A stretch of DNA of 64,000 nt from a bacterium. Its GTDB lineage: Bacteria > Zixibacteria > MSB-5A5 > GN15 > FEB-12. The first letter of the stretch is position 1; each line of letters opens with the position of its first letter. The notes below the pieces were generated by a model. It saw only the letters and a list, made by a program, of their open reading frames with translations, did not search any database and had not been told where the DNA came from. The position numbers and the translations under genes are program-made. The stretch covers positions 648 through 64,647 of the forward strand of contig JBDRNJ010000036.1 in assembly GCA_043811375.1 (NCBI GenBank). The letters run 5' to 3'. Shown in pieces: positions 8,508 through 16,931 of this stretch.

Positions 8508-8715
8508 AAAAGAAGCAACTGCCCGCTATTGCACCTTTAATACAAAACTTGTGGTTTCTGCCAATCCGTCCCGTAACTGTGAACAACCTCGTCCCCGGCC
8601 ACAGATTTACGTCCGGCAACTGATTTAGGAGGTGAAAAAAGTAAAATTACGAAACAAACCCATTTTAAGAATAATTGTAGGTCGGCCACAAATGGCTTTT
8701 AATACAAATCCCATC

Positions 8716-8743
8716 TGTCATTCCTGCGAAAGCAGGAATCCAG
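8716..8743. repeat. TGTCA-hairpin element: TGTCATTCCTGCGAAAGCAGGAATCCAG (stem ATTCCTGC/GCAGGAAT, GAAA loop)
   Basis: Read directly. It has the same TGTCA-stem-loop-stem architecture as the elements at 15022, 26667 and 26968. Confidence 0.65.
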
Positions 8744-8774
8744 TCTTGACCTGCCGGAAGAAGCGGATTGCCGC

Positions 8775-9743
8775 TTAATTGCCCAACTCCGCCTGGAACT
8801 TCTTAGTGAGAGCCGGGACGATCTTAAAAGCATCACCAACGATACCGTAGTTGGCGACGTTGAAAATCGGCGCGTCCTTGTCCTTGTTGATAGCCACAAT
8901 CGTCTGCGAGGTGCGCATCCCCACCAGGTGCTGAATCGCACCGGAGATACCCACCGCGATATACAGCTTGGGGTTGACCGTTTTGCCGGTCTGCCCCACC
9001 TGATGCGAGTAGGCAATCCAGTCGGCATCGACAATCGCCCGCGACGCTCCCAGCGCCGCTCCTAACGAGTCGGCCAGCTCCTGCATCATCGGCAGGTTCT
9101 CCTTGCCCTTGATACCGCGCCCGGCTGCGACAATGACATCGGCTTCATTCAGGTTCACTGCACCGGCTGTCTCCGTCTTGACCTCTTTGATCACCGTCCG
9201 CACTTCTACACCGGCGGCGGCCACTGATTCGACCATCACCTCACCGGCGCCATCTTTTGATTCGGGGTAAATCTTGGGACGCAGGGTGACAAAAAACGGC
9301 CTGTCGCCGTTGGTGACCATTCGTGAGACCACCGAACCACCGTAATGAGGCCGTGTCGCTACAACTTTGCCGTCCTCGACTACCAGGTTGGTCGCGTCGG
9401 ACACCATCGACCCGCCGTTTTTGGCCGCCAGTCGCCCGAACAACGCCTTGCCGTAGAACGTCGCCGGACCCAGCACCAGGTCGGGGGAGTATTTGCCGAT
9501 CAACTCCGTCAGCACATTACAGTAGAGTTCATCATTAAAGCAGCAGGGGTTGGCGTGCGATACCGCCAGCACCTTGCCCCCACCGCGCGACGCCAGTTCC
9601 TGCGCCGGACCATCGGCCTGCTCAACCATAATGACGGTGTACAATTCGCCACCGAGAGATTTGGCCGCCTCAATCTGCTCAAAGGAGGTTGGGATCGGCT
9701 TGCCATCTTTTTGCAGGGCTACAACGAGTATTTTCATTCTCAC
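8775..9743 (-). CDS. etfA: Electron transfer flavoprotein subunit alpha
   Basis: The C-terminal FAD-binding signature PKLYIAVGISGAIQHLVGMRTSQTIVAINKDKDAPIF and the overall length and pattern are typical of EtfA. Confidence 0.88.
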   Translation of the reverse strand: MRMKILVVALQKDGKPIPTSFEQIEAAKSLGGELYTVIMVEQADGPAQELASRGGGKVLAVSHANPCCFNDELYCNVLTELIGKYSPDLVLGPATFYGKALFGRLAAKNGGSMVSDATNLVVEDGKVVATRPHYGGSVVSRMVTNGDRPFFVTLRPKIYPESKDGAGEVMVESVAAAGVEVRTVIKEVKTETAGAVNLNEADVIVAAGRGIKGKENLPMMQELADSLGAALGASRAIVDADWIAYSHQVGQTGKTVNPKLYIAVGISGAIQHLVGMRTSQTIVAINKDKDAPIFNVANYGIVGDAFKIVPALTKKFQAELGN

Positions 9744-9867
9744 ACCTTTTCGTTTGGTCGATATTTGAGGAGGAATATAGGCAGTCTTCCATTGTCGGGC
9801 AACAGTTTTGAGGCCGATCCCCTCACGAATTGATTGAGAGTAAGCAAAATCCCTTTGTGGTTTTTCT

Positions 9868-10854
9868 CTACATTCTAACTTCCAAACCAGTGTCGATCAG
9901 GTATAAGTTAAAGACATCAATGATGTCCCCCATCGAACTCACCTGAAACAACTTCGGGCGCAACCGGGCGGCACCCGGAAAACCCTTGACATACCAGCCC
10001 AGAGTCCGGCGCATCTTGATCACCCCGCGCGGCTGGCCGTACTGGTCGACCATCAGTTGGGCATGTTGGCAGGCCATCTCTATCCGCTGGGGAATCGTCG
10101 TTTCCGGCAGCAGTTCACCGGTCTCCAAAAAGTGGCTGACCTGTTGGAATACAAACGGATTCCCCAGCGCCGCCCGGCCGATCATTACGGCGTCACAGCC
10201 GGTTTCGTCCAGCATCCGTCTGGCGTCGGCGGGAGTGCACACGTCGCCATTACCAATCACCGGAATGCTTACAGCTTTCTTAAGCCGGCCAATAGCCGTC
10301 CAGTCAGCTTCGCCGGAGAACCCCTTACTGCGGCTGCGGGCATGGAGAGTAACAGCCGCCGCCCCGGCCCGCTGGGCGATCTGTCCAACTTCGAGGTAGA
10401 CCGGAGTAGCCTCATCCCAGCCGGTACGAATTTTGATTGTCACCGGTGTATCACCGGCTGCTTCAACAGTAGCCCGAATTATTTCCTCGGTCAGTACCAG
10501 GTCCTTAAGGACAGCCGCCCCGCCATTGTGTTTGACCACTTTTTTGACCGGGCAGCCGAAATTGATATCAATCAGATCGGGCTTGTTCAGTTCAACTACC
10601 ATCCGGGCTGCCCGCCCCATGACCTCCGGGTTGCCACCAAATAGTTGTATCCCCAGGGGTTGCTCTTCAGAACAGAACTCCATCATGGCCAGCGTCTTTT
10701 TCTGGCGTCGGATTATTCCCTCTGATGAAACCATTTCGGTATAGGTCATGGCCGCGCCGCAACTTAGCGCCAGCAGGCGAAATGGTCGGTTGGAAACCCC
10801 GGCCAGCGGCGCCGCCACTACTCGGCCCTTCAGGTTTAGAATTGCCCTCACCAT
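9868..10854 (-). CDS. dusB: tRNA-dihydrouridine synthase B
   Basis: LAGVSNRPFRLL...TEMVS...INFGCPVKKV...TIKIRTGWD...TLHARS pattern, with a C-terminal helical domain. Confidence 0.88.
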   Translation of the reverse strand: MVRAILNLKGRVVAAPLAGVSNRPFRLLALSCGAAMTYTEMVSSEGIIRRQKKTLAMMEFCSEEQPLGIQLFGGNPEVMGRAARMVVELNKPDLIDINFGCPVKKVVKHNGGAAVLKDLVLTEEIIRATVEAAGDTPVTIKIRTGWDEATPVYLEVGQIAQRAGAAAVTLHARSRSKGFSGEADWTAIGRLKKAVSIPVIGNGDVCTPADARRMLDETGCDAVMIGRAALGNPFVFQQVSHFLETGELLPETTIPQRIEMACQHAQLMVDQYGQPRGVIKMRRTLGWYVKGFPGAARLRPKLFQVSSMGDIIDVFNLYLIDTGLEVRM

Positions 10855-10983
10855 GCCGACAATATAACTGACTGTATAGCCAACTCCAAGAGGTCGTCAG
10901 GAAGCGCGTTCTGTAGCAACAAGATGTGCGACTGAGGGTCGTCTTATTGACACCTGATAACCAGGGACAGAAAGGAATGGCCT

Positions 10984-11682
10984 ATGCCGGAAATTATTGT
11001 CAAGTACGAAGACAAGGTGATTGAGCGTGTGGTAACCGAGAAAAAACGTCTGTCGATCGGCCGCACCAACGACAATGACATCGTGCTGGAGAACCGTGCC
11101 GTTTCGCGCAGACATGCCATGATTGAGTTCAATAACAACGCTGCGGTGGTGGTCGACAACGAGTCGCTCAACGGTGTCTTTGTAAACAACCGTAAGATTT
11201 CAGAGGAAGTCCTGCGCAACGAAGACATTATAACGATTGGTAAGTATTCTCTGGTATACCACGCCGAATCGACCCAGGGTGGTGATGATGCCGGTGCCAG
11301 TTTCGACGGCACTATGGTGCTGCGAACCAAAAAACAGAAAGAACTGCTGGATAACGACCGCGTCGAGCGGGAGATGGTTACCAAATACGGTGGTTCCCTG
11401 CTGATAGGCGAGGAAAACGCCGATTTTTCCGAGTATCGGATCGATCGGGACGTAACTACGATCGGTAAGGCCAAGTTCGTGCACGTGCGCGCTCGGGGCT
11501 TTATGGTCTCCGGCATCCAGGCCAAAATAGTCAAACAGAGTGACGAATATATGTTGGCCAATCTCGGCCGCCGAGGTAAGACCAGTGTCAACGGTGAGGC
11601 TATTGACCAGTGTATCCTCAAGAATGGCGATATCATCTCAGTCGGAAAAACATCTTTTAGATTTGTGGAGGGGAACCGCTGA
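10984..11682 (+). CDS. Protein with two FHA (forkhead-associated) domains
   Basis: FHA1: LSIGRTNDNDIVLENRAVSRRHAMIEF...NGVFVNNRKI. FHA2: TTIGKAKFVHVRA...SGIQAKIV...GKTSVNGEAI...GDIISVGKTSFRF. Confidence 0.85.
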   Translation: MPEIIVKYEDKVIERVVTEKKRLSIGRTNDNDIVLENRAVSRRHAMIEFNNNAAVVVDNESLNGVFVNNRKISEEVLRNEDIITIGKYSLVYHAESTQGGDDAGASFDGTMVLRTKKQKELLDNDRVEREMVTKYGGSLLIGEENADFSEYRIDRDVTTIGKAKFVHVRARGFMVSGIQAKIVKQSDEYMLANLGRRGKTSVNGEAIDQCILKNGDIISVGKTSFRFVEGNR

Positions 11683-12411
11683 ATGAAGCTTGCGCTGATA
11701 TCGGATATCCACGGCAATCTCGAGGCGTTCACGGCCGTCCTTGAGGACATTGAGAAAAAGTCGGCGGACCGAATCCATTGCCTGGGGGACGTTGTCGGTT
11801 ACGGCAGCGAACCGGGCGCCTGCCTTCAGTTGGTGGCCGACACCTGTGAGTTCAAACTGATGGGCAACCACGAGCACGTCATCCTGGGGCTGGATCAACC
11901 CGATAATTATACCCATATAGCCAGGATTTCGGCAGCCTGGACCCGCAAACAGTTGAGCGATCGGGCACTGTCAATAATCGCAGAATTCAGGATCGATCAC
12001 CATGACGACGAATTTTACCTGGTGCATGCCTCGCCGGATCAACCGGACCGGTGGCACTACGTTCTGACCCCTGAAGAAGCTGCCGGAGCTTTTGTGAAAC
12101 TGAATGAAAGGCTCTGTTTTTACGGACATTCGCATGTGCCGATGATATTCACGGAATCGCCCGGTACCATGCCGCGCCGACGAGTCGGGCATACCTTTCT
12201 TCCCGATCCCGACAGCCGCTACCTGATCAACGTCGGCTCGGTAGGTCAGCCGCGGGACAATGATCCCCGGGCCTGCTATGTAATCTATGATACCGATGAA
12301 GACGACGTAACATACTGCCGCGTTGACTATGACATCGAATCCGCCCAGAGCAAAATGGCTCAGGCGCAGCTTCCTGATATGCTCATTGACAGATTGGCAG
12401 TAGGACGATAA
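11683..12411 (+). CDS. Metallophosphoesterase (calcineurin-like, PPP-type candidate Ser/Thr phosphatase)
   Basis: SDIHGN, CLGDVVGYG, GNHE and GHSH metal-ligand motifs are in the canonical order. The start abuts the stop of the FHA gene. Confidence 0.8.
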   Translation: MKLALISDIHGNLEAFTAVLEDIEKKSADRIHCLGDVVGYGSEPGACLQLVADTCEFKLMGNHEHVILGLDQPDNYTHIARISAAWTRKQLSDRALSIIAEFRIDHHDDEFYLVHASPDQPDRWHYVLTPEEAAGAFVKLNERLCFYGHSHVPMIFTESPGTMPRRRVGHTFLPDPDSRYLINVGSVGQPRDNDPRACYVIYDTDEDDVTYCRVDYDIESAQSKMAQAQLPDMLIDRLAVGR

Positions 12412-12427
12412 TAGCAGAGAGGCAGCC

Positions 12428-14920
12428 ATGAGCAAGTACTCTTCGTACATCCTGTATCTTCTCATTTCATTCCTGGTGGTCATTTTATATGTGAACGACT
12501 TCGGGCCCCTGAACGACATGCAGCGCTCGCTGGATGACTTCCTCTGTCGTGTAACAACGACCGAAGGCACCCGGCCTAACATAGCCCTGGTGACGATTGA
12601 CGGTAGCGCCCAGAGTGAATTTGGCAACTGGCCGTGGAACCAGGACCTGATTGCCGATCTGCTGGCGGCGGTTGCCGGAGGTGAACCGCGAGCTATTGCC
12701 GTCAACTTCGAACTCAACGAAGACGCCCAACAGGATTCGGCCGGTTATACCGATATCCTGAACGGACAGCTCACCTGGATCGACAACGTGGTTATTCCTT
12801 ATGATATCGCTCTGGCCACTTTCCGCAGCAACAAAACCAGCAATCCGGAACATCTGTTTAACAACTCCATCATGGTCGACAATCCGGTCGGTATTCTGGA
12901 TGAAAGCTCCAGCCTGCTGACCCGAAAGCTTTTTCTGCCGGCCGACAAGCTGCTTCAGTCCAAGCCGTATCTGGGGTTTGTTTATACCATGCCGGATAAG
13001 GACCGGGTCCTGCGCCGACAGCCGCTGGTGATGAATTACGAGGGTTACTACTACCCCTCGCTGTCGTTAATCAGTGCCGCCGTCTACCTGGGCGTGCCCC
13101 CCGATGAAATCAAGGTCATCGAAAACAAGGAGATCCTTCTGAGCAATCAGCGGCGCATACCGATCGACGGCAACAGCCGGTACTTGGTTTCGTTTCCCGG
13201 AACCAATTCCCTCACTCGCTATTCCGCTGCCGAGATTCTTGGCGATGGTTTTGATTTTAGTCGTCTGAAAAACAAGCTGGTGGTACTGGGCCTGGATGAG
13301 TTCATCTCCGGCGAGAGCTTTGACACGCCTGTCCGGACGGGCCTGTCATCGTTGACTTTCCGAGCGGCCGTCATGGAGAACATCATCAACGACAACTTCC
13401 TCACGCCAAAAAACAATCAGCCGCTGGTGATCATGCTGGCCCTGTTCCTGATCGGCGGCCTATGCGCTTTCTTCCTGCCCCAGGTTGGTCTGGTGCATCG
13501 TATGATAATCCTCGCGGTCGGTTTCATCATCCTGGCCAACGCCAACTACTTCCTGTTAAGCTCCTTCAGAATCATCCCCGAGACAATCTACATCGCCCTG
13601 GAGTTGTTGCTGTTTATGATCGCCTGTCCCTTCCTTGACTCGTCATTGTTAACCGGCCGGGACGGCGACACTAAAAACGAAAAGACCAGGCTGCCCAAAA
13701 TCGAAATCGCCCCCCGGACAATTGGGCCGGCGGAGCCGGTGGTGAGAACGATTCGTTCAACGGAACAGGATGCAGAAAACCAACGAACAGTTGCGGTCGG
13801 TGCCGGCAGCGATAAATTCCCTACCGACCACCAGTCGATAGATATCGACGATGAGACCAACGCCGATGCCACACCGGCAATGGGCATCAGTGACGAGGGC
13901 TGGGAAACTGTTGGTGAGACAGAGAAATCCACGGATAAAACCACCACTGAGCAGACTAAAGAGCCTCCCTCAACACCGGAAATCATCTCCCCGGCCGGTC
14001 TGGTTCCGTCGGCACCGACTAAAACGGCTGCAGAATCCGGGAAAACGGAAAGCCGGCAACCGATGCGCCAGGGCTCACAGGAAGAGATCAGAAACCTGGG
14101 ACGATACCAGGTAACCGGCACCCTGGGGAAGGGAGCCATGGGCCTGGTTTACAAGGGCGTTGATCCGGCTATCAATCGACCGGTTGCTCTCAAGACCATC
14201 CGCCTGGATTTTGTCAACGACCCGGATGAGGAAGCCGAACTCAAGGAACGGCTGCACCGTGAAGCCCAGGCCGCCGGCAAGCTGTCGCATCCCAATATCG
14301 TAACCATCTACGACGTCGGTTCCGAGGGACACCTGCAGTATATCGCCATGGAATACCTCGAAGGTCAGACGCTGGAAGATCTGATAAAGAAGAAAACGCA
14401 GTTCAACTACCGGATCATTTCGCAGATGATCATTCAGATTTGCAGCGCCCTGGAGTACGCCCACAACCAGGGTATTGTCCACCGTGATATCAAACCGGCC
14501 AACATTATGGTTCTCAAGAACTACAGTGTCAAGGTGATGGATTACGGTATCGCCCGGGTCGATTCCAGTTCGATGACCAAGACCGGGATCGCTATGGGTA
14601 CCCCCAACTACATCTCACCGGAACAGCTCAAGGGCCAGCCGGTTGACTTGCGCGCCGATATCTTCTCACTCGGCGTTGTCATGTACGAGATGCTGCTGGG
14701 ACGGCGTCCCTTCAAGGGCGAAAACATCACCTCGTTGATCTACGCCATCACGAACCATAATCCGGAGAAACCGTCCAACGTCAACCCGCAAATACCGCTT
14801 CTTTTCGACCATATTATAGATCGGGCTCTCAAGAAGGAGCCTGCTGAGCGTTACCAGAACGCCCGGGAAGTTGCCGCCGATCTGGCTGATTTCGTCGAGT
14901 CATTTGCGTCGAAGTCATAG
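12428..14920 (+). CDS. CHASE2 sensor domain - transmembrane - Ser/Thr protein kinase
   Basis: N-terminal TM helix then a CHASE2-like segment (LVTIDGSAQSEFGNWPWNQDLIADLL...AIAVNFEL), three TM helices around aa 330-400, and a low-complexity T/E/P linker. The Hanks kinase carries GKGAMGLVYKG, VALK, HRDIKPANIM, DYG and SPEQ. Confidence 0.88.
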   Translation: MSKYSSYILYLLISFLVVILYVNDFGPLNDMQRSLDDFLCRVTTTEGTRPNIALVTIDGSAQSEFGNWPWNQDLIADLLAAVAGGEPRAIAVNFELNEDAQQDSAGYTDILNGQLTWIDNVVIPYDIALATFRSNKTSNPEHLFNNSIMVDNPVGILDESSSLLTRKLFLPADKLLQSKPYLGFVYTMPDKDRVLRRQPLVMNYEGYYYPSLSLISAAVYLGVPPDEIKVIENKEILLSNQRRIPIDGNSRYLVSFPGTNSLTRYSAAEILGDGFDFSRLKNKLVVLGLDEFISGESFDTPVRTGLSSLTFRAAVMENIINDNFLTPKNNQPLVIMLALFLIGGLCAFFLPQVGLVHRMIILAVGFIILANANYFLLSSFRIIPETIYIALELLLFMIACPFLDSSLLTGRDGDTKNEKTRLPKIEIAPRTIGPAEPVVRTIRSTEQDAENQRTVAVGAGSDKFPTDHQSIDIDDETNADATPAMGISDEGWETVGETEKSTDKTTTEQTKEPPSTPEIISPAGLVPSAPTKTAAESGKTESRQPMRQGSQEEIRNLGRYQVTGTLGKGAMGLVYKGVDPAINRPVALKTIRLDFVNDPDEEAELKERLHREAQAAGKLSHPNIVTIYDVGSEGHLQYIAMEYLEGQTLEDLIKKKTQFNYRIISQMIIQICSALEYAHNQGIVHRDIKPANIMVLKNYSVKVMDYGIARVDSSSMTKTGIAMGTPNYISPEQLKGQPVDLRADIFSLGVVMYEMLLGRRPFKGENITSLIYAITNHNPEKPSNVNPQIPLLFDHIIDRALKKEPAERYQNAREVAADLADFVESFASKS

Positions 14921-14954
14921 ACGGCACCGGCTTTTGCCGGCACCCGGAAATCAG

Positions 14955-14992
14955 ACGGCGGAACCGTTGCCACCACGGTCCCGCCGTTTTTT
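14955..14992 (+). terminator. Rho-independent terminator of the kinase operon
   Basis: ACGGCGGAACC...GGTCCCGCCGT stem (7 bp plus 3 bp with one mismatch, 11-nt loop), followed by TTTTTT at 14987-14992. It lies 35 nt after the stop. Confidence 0.75.
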
Positions 14993-15021
14993 ATTGTAGA
15001 AGATGTAAGGCAGCCGATATC

Positions 15022-15075
15022 TGTCACCCTGAGCGGAGTCGAAGGGTGCCATGCCTCGACTCCGTTCAGCATGAC
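15022..15075. repeat. Head-to-head pair of about 26-nt GTCA-NN-CTGAGCGGAGTCGAAG-NN-TG elements forming a long composite palindrome
   Basis: TGTCACCCTGAGCGGAGTCGAAGGGTG plus the inverted diverged copy CCATGCCTCGACTCCGTTCAGCATGAC. A 14-bp arm CTGAGCGGAGTCGA pairs with TCGACTCCGTTCAG (one G:U). Related copies lie at 26667, 26917 and 26968. Confidence 0.8.
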
Positions 15076-15163
15076 TATCCCACCGTGCTGTCAGATTTCT
15101 ATAGGCTGAGGTGGCGCACCTCTTGAGGTGCGTTTACAGTTCTTCTTACAATCAATCTATAAG

Positions 15164-15193
15164 ATGGAAAAGAAACTCACCGCAAGCGGTGAG
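15164..15193 (-). terminator. Rho-independent terminator downstream of the EVE-like/nuclease gene
   Basis: On the minus strand CTCACCGC-TT-GCGGTGAG (perfect 8-bp arms, so effectively a 7-bp stem with a 4-nt loop) is followed by TTTCTTTTCC. It lies about 100 nt after the stop at 15294. Confidence 0.6.
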
Positions 15194-15293
15194 CCACCCA
15201 CCACGATCTTTGATCGCGGTTCTTCTTCTGCGATCGCAGATCGCGGCCAAACCTGCCGAGAGTCGGTGTGATCGTTTTCTTATTATGTTGCAT

Positions 15294-16085
15294 TTAGATA
15301 ATTCGTACTCGTAACACTTTTATATCTGCCTCCTTTGCAGCGAGACGAAGCTGTTCATCAAAGGAAGGCGTCAGAATAATACCTTTCACTTCCTTTCCTT
15401 CTTTTTGTGCCCAGTTTTCCCTTATGTACCCCATGTAACGAAGTATCTGCCCAACAGCATTATCAGACGTGTGAACAGCCTTAAGTTCAAGCACAATATA
15501 ATTATCTTTTTCGTCTCGGCATATCAAGTCAGTTCTTCCACTCCCTATTCCAAGACTGCATTGCTGTTGAATATCCTCTTCTGCCAACCGAAGTTTGAGT
15601 TGCGAAAGGTTTGCCTTAACTGCTTCTTCAATACCTGACTCCAAGATAAAGAAGCTACCATCGGATTCGCCGTACCCAAGGTTTCGATATATCTTTCGAG
15701 CGAGCTCTATCTTGTCTTTGTCATCATCTGTTGCTGTTGCGATTCTTAATCTGTGGTTTTGGTTTGATAATTCAGAGCGAATCACTTCATATGGCAGGGT
15801 TACTTTCCATTTCTTTATATTGTCTATTGGAAACCACCCCGCTTTTTTCTGGTGCTTTTCTTCAACCCTTTCATCCTCAACCCAGTCATCAGATATTTTA
15901 CACGTTCCCCAAAAGCCCAATCCATATTCGCGAAGTAATACAGCATCCCCTTTTTCAACCTTAGCTCGATTAGATTCACTCGTTTTAAAGTAATAATGTT
16001 TGGTTTTAAGAATGGTCGAGGTGTCCCAATCGGAATCTTCGTAGTAGCCAGGAGAGTTATTCGAGAAAATCCATACTTTTGCCAT
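15294..16085 (-). CDS. Fusion protein: N-terminal PUA-like/EVE-like domain plus C-terminal NucS/DUF91-type PD-(D/E)xK nuclease domain
   Basis: C-terminal half: GRTDLICRDEKDNYIVLELKAVHTSDNAVGQILRYMGYIRENW...VKGIILTPSF gives the D...E-x-K core and the NucS-like Q-x-x-x-Y pattern. N-terminal half: VWIFS...KVEKGDAVLLREYG..GFWGTCKI...WFPIDNIKKWKV...RLRIATAT follows the EVE strand order. The gene is AT-rich: 51 of 120 nt are G+C at 15301-15420, against 68 of 120 at 14101-14220 (hand counts). Confidence 0.6.
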   Translation of the reverse strand: MAKVWIFSNNSPGYYEDSDWDTSTILKTKHYYFKTSESNRAKVEKGDAVLLREYGLGFWGTCKISDDWVEDERVEEKHQKKAGWFPIDNIKKWKVTLPYEVIRSELSNQNHRLRIATATDDDKDKIELARKIYRNLGYGESDGSFFILESGIEEAVKANLSQLKLRLAEEDIQQQCSLGIGSGRTDLICRDEKDNYIVLELKAVHTSDNAVGQILRYMGYIRENWAQKEGKEVKGIILTPSFDEQLRLAAKEADIKVLRVRII

Positions 16086-16183
16086 TTTTCACACTACCTT
16101 TCCATTGCAACATAATGCAGGGCGGCTCACAGCTTGCTGTGTGTTCTTCAAGACGAATTGGCAGTAGCGCATGGACCCCCGCC

Positions 16184-16645
16184 CTACTTTTTCTCCTGCT
16201 TCCCCTGCGAAAGTATCTCCTCGGCCAGCGACATAGCCACACCGGAGAGCATTACCTCTACACCCAGTTGCGTGAAATCTGATGAGATCAGTTCGCGGTT
16301 GAGAGCCGCATACATCGAACAGGAAGCCCCTTTTTCGACTACCAGTCCGGACAACCGGTCATCTTTTTCAGCCACGAACGTAACTTCACCCAGTTCCTCG
16401 GAGATAACGTAGCCGGTGCAATTGTGGAGCTGCAGGTGCGAGTTGCCGGTGTAGATCACCACCAGCATACCGCTGGTCTCTCCCAACGACGTTTCGGGGT
16501 ATATCTCCAGCGACAGCGCCCGCTTCTCTTCAGGATTATCAACCTTGAGACGGAAATGGTCCTTCAGAGAGCTTACATCCCCGGCGCCGATAACCGCGGC
16601 GATGCGGTCAATATCTTTTTTTGAAATTTTGTCGGCCACAATCAA
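16184..16645 (-). CDS. Hypothetical protein, 153 aa, no recognised domain
   Basis: The ORF has host-like composition and sits 18 nt downstream of tatA on the same strand. I recognise no motif. Confidence 0.5.
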   Translation of the reverse strand: MIVADKISKKDIDRIAAVIGAGDVSSLKDHFRLKVDNPEEKRALSLEIYPETSLGETSGMLVVIYTGNSHLQLHNCTGYVISEELGEVTFVAEKDDRLSGLVVEKGASCSMYAALNRELISSDFTQLGVEVMLSGVAMSLAEEILSQGKQEKK

Positions 16646-16663
16646 CTCGTTGTGCTTTACGCA

Positions 16664-16903
16664 CTACTTCTCAGGCTTCTTCTTGTCGTCGTCGCTCTTC
16701 TCGGGTGGTTTGGGTGCCGGAGTTTCGGCGATGTCACCCTCAACAGATTCCTTCAGGTCCTTGGTAGTATCCTTGACCGCCTTGCGAAACTCCTTGATCC
16801 CTTTCCCCATACCCTGAGCAATATCCGGGAGCCGCTTGGCTCCGAACAGAAGCAGCACCGCCACAAAAATAAGCAGTAACTCCGGCCAGCCCAGACCAAA
16901 CAT
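16664..16903 (-). CDS. tatA: Twin-arginine translocase subunit TatA/E
   Basis: [42 protein letters not shown] is the canonical TatA TM plus amphipathic helix. The ATG at 16903 is preceded by GAGGAGG. The ORF-track start at 16960 is an upstream extension. Confidence 0.9.
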   Translation of the reverse strand: MFGLGWPELLLIFVAVLLLFGAKRLPDIAQGMGKGIKEFRKAVKDTTKDLKESVEGDIAETPAPKPPEKSDDDKKKPEK

Positions 16904-16931
16904 GTCCGACCTCCTCAGGTTGCTCCCATGT

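Noticed and set aside
8626-8777. Strong SD-like AGGAGGTGA followed by a 49-codon GTG ORF (or a 28-codon ATG ORF)
   Set aside because: The ORF runs through the TGTAGG, GCCACAAATGGC and TGTCATTCCTGCGAAAGCAGGAAT repeat modules, the GTG has no spacing from the SD, and its stop coincides with the etfA stop on the other strand.
10944-11750. 268-aa minus-strand ORF
   Set aside because: It is antisense to the FHA gene, which has clear domain motifs. The translation is Ser/Arg/Leu-rich.
15217-15247. GATCGCGG / TGCGATCGCA / GATCGCGG cluster, a possible methylation or restriction-site motif next to the nuclease gene
   Set aside because: It occurs only once in the window. I cannot distinguish it from a chance local palindrome cluster without genome-wide counts.
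15111-15314. 67-aa plus-strand ORF between the kinase operon and the nuclease gene
   Set aside because: It covers hairpins, the minus-strand terminator and GATCGC-rich palindromes, and it has no SD.
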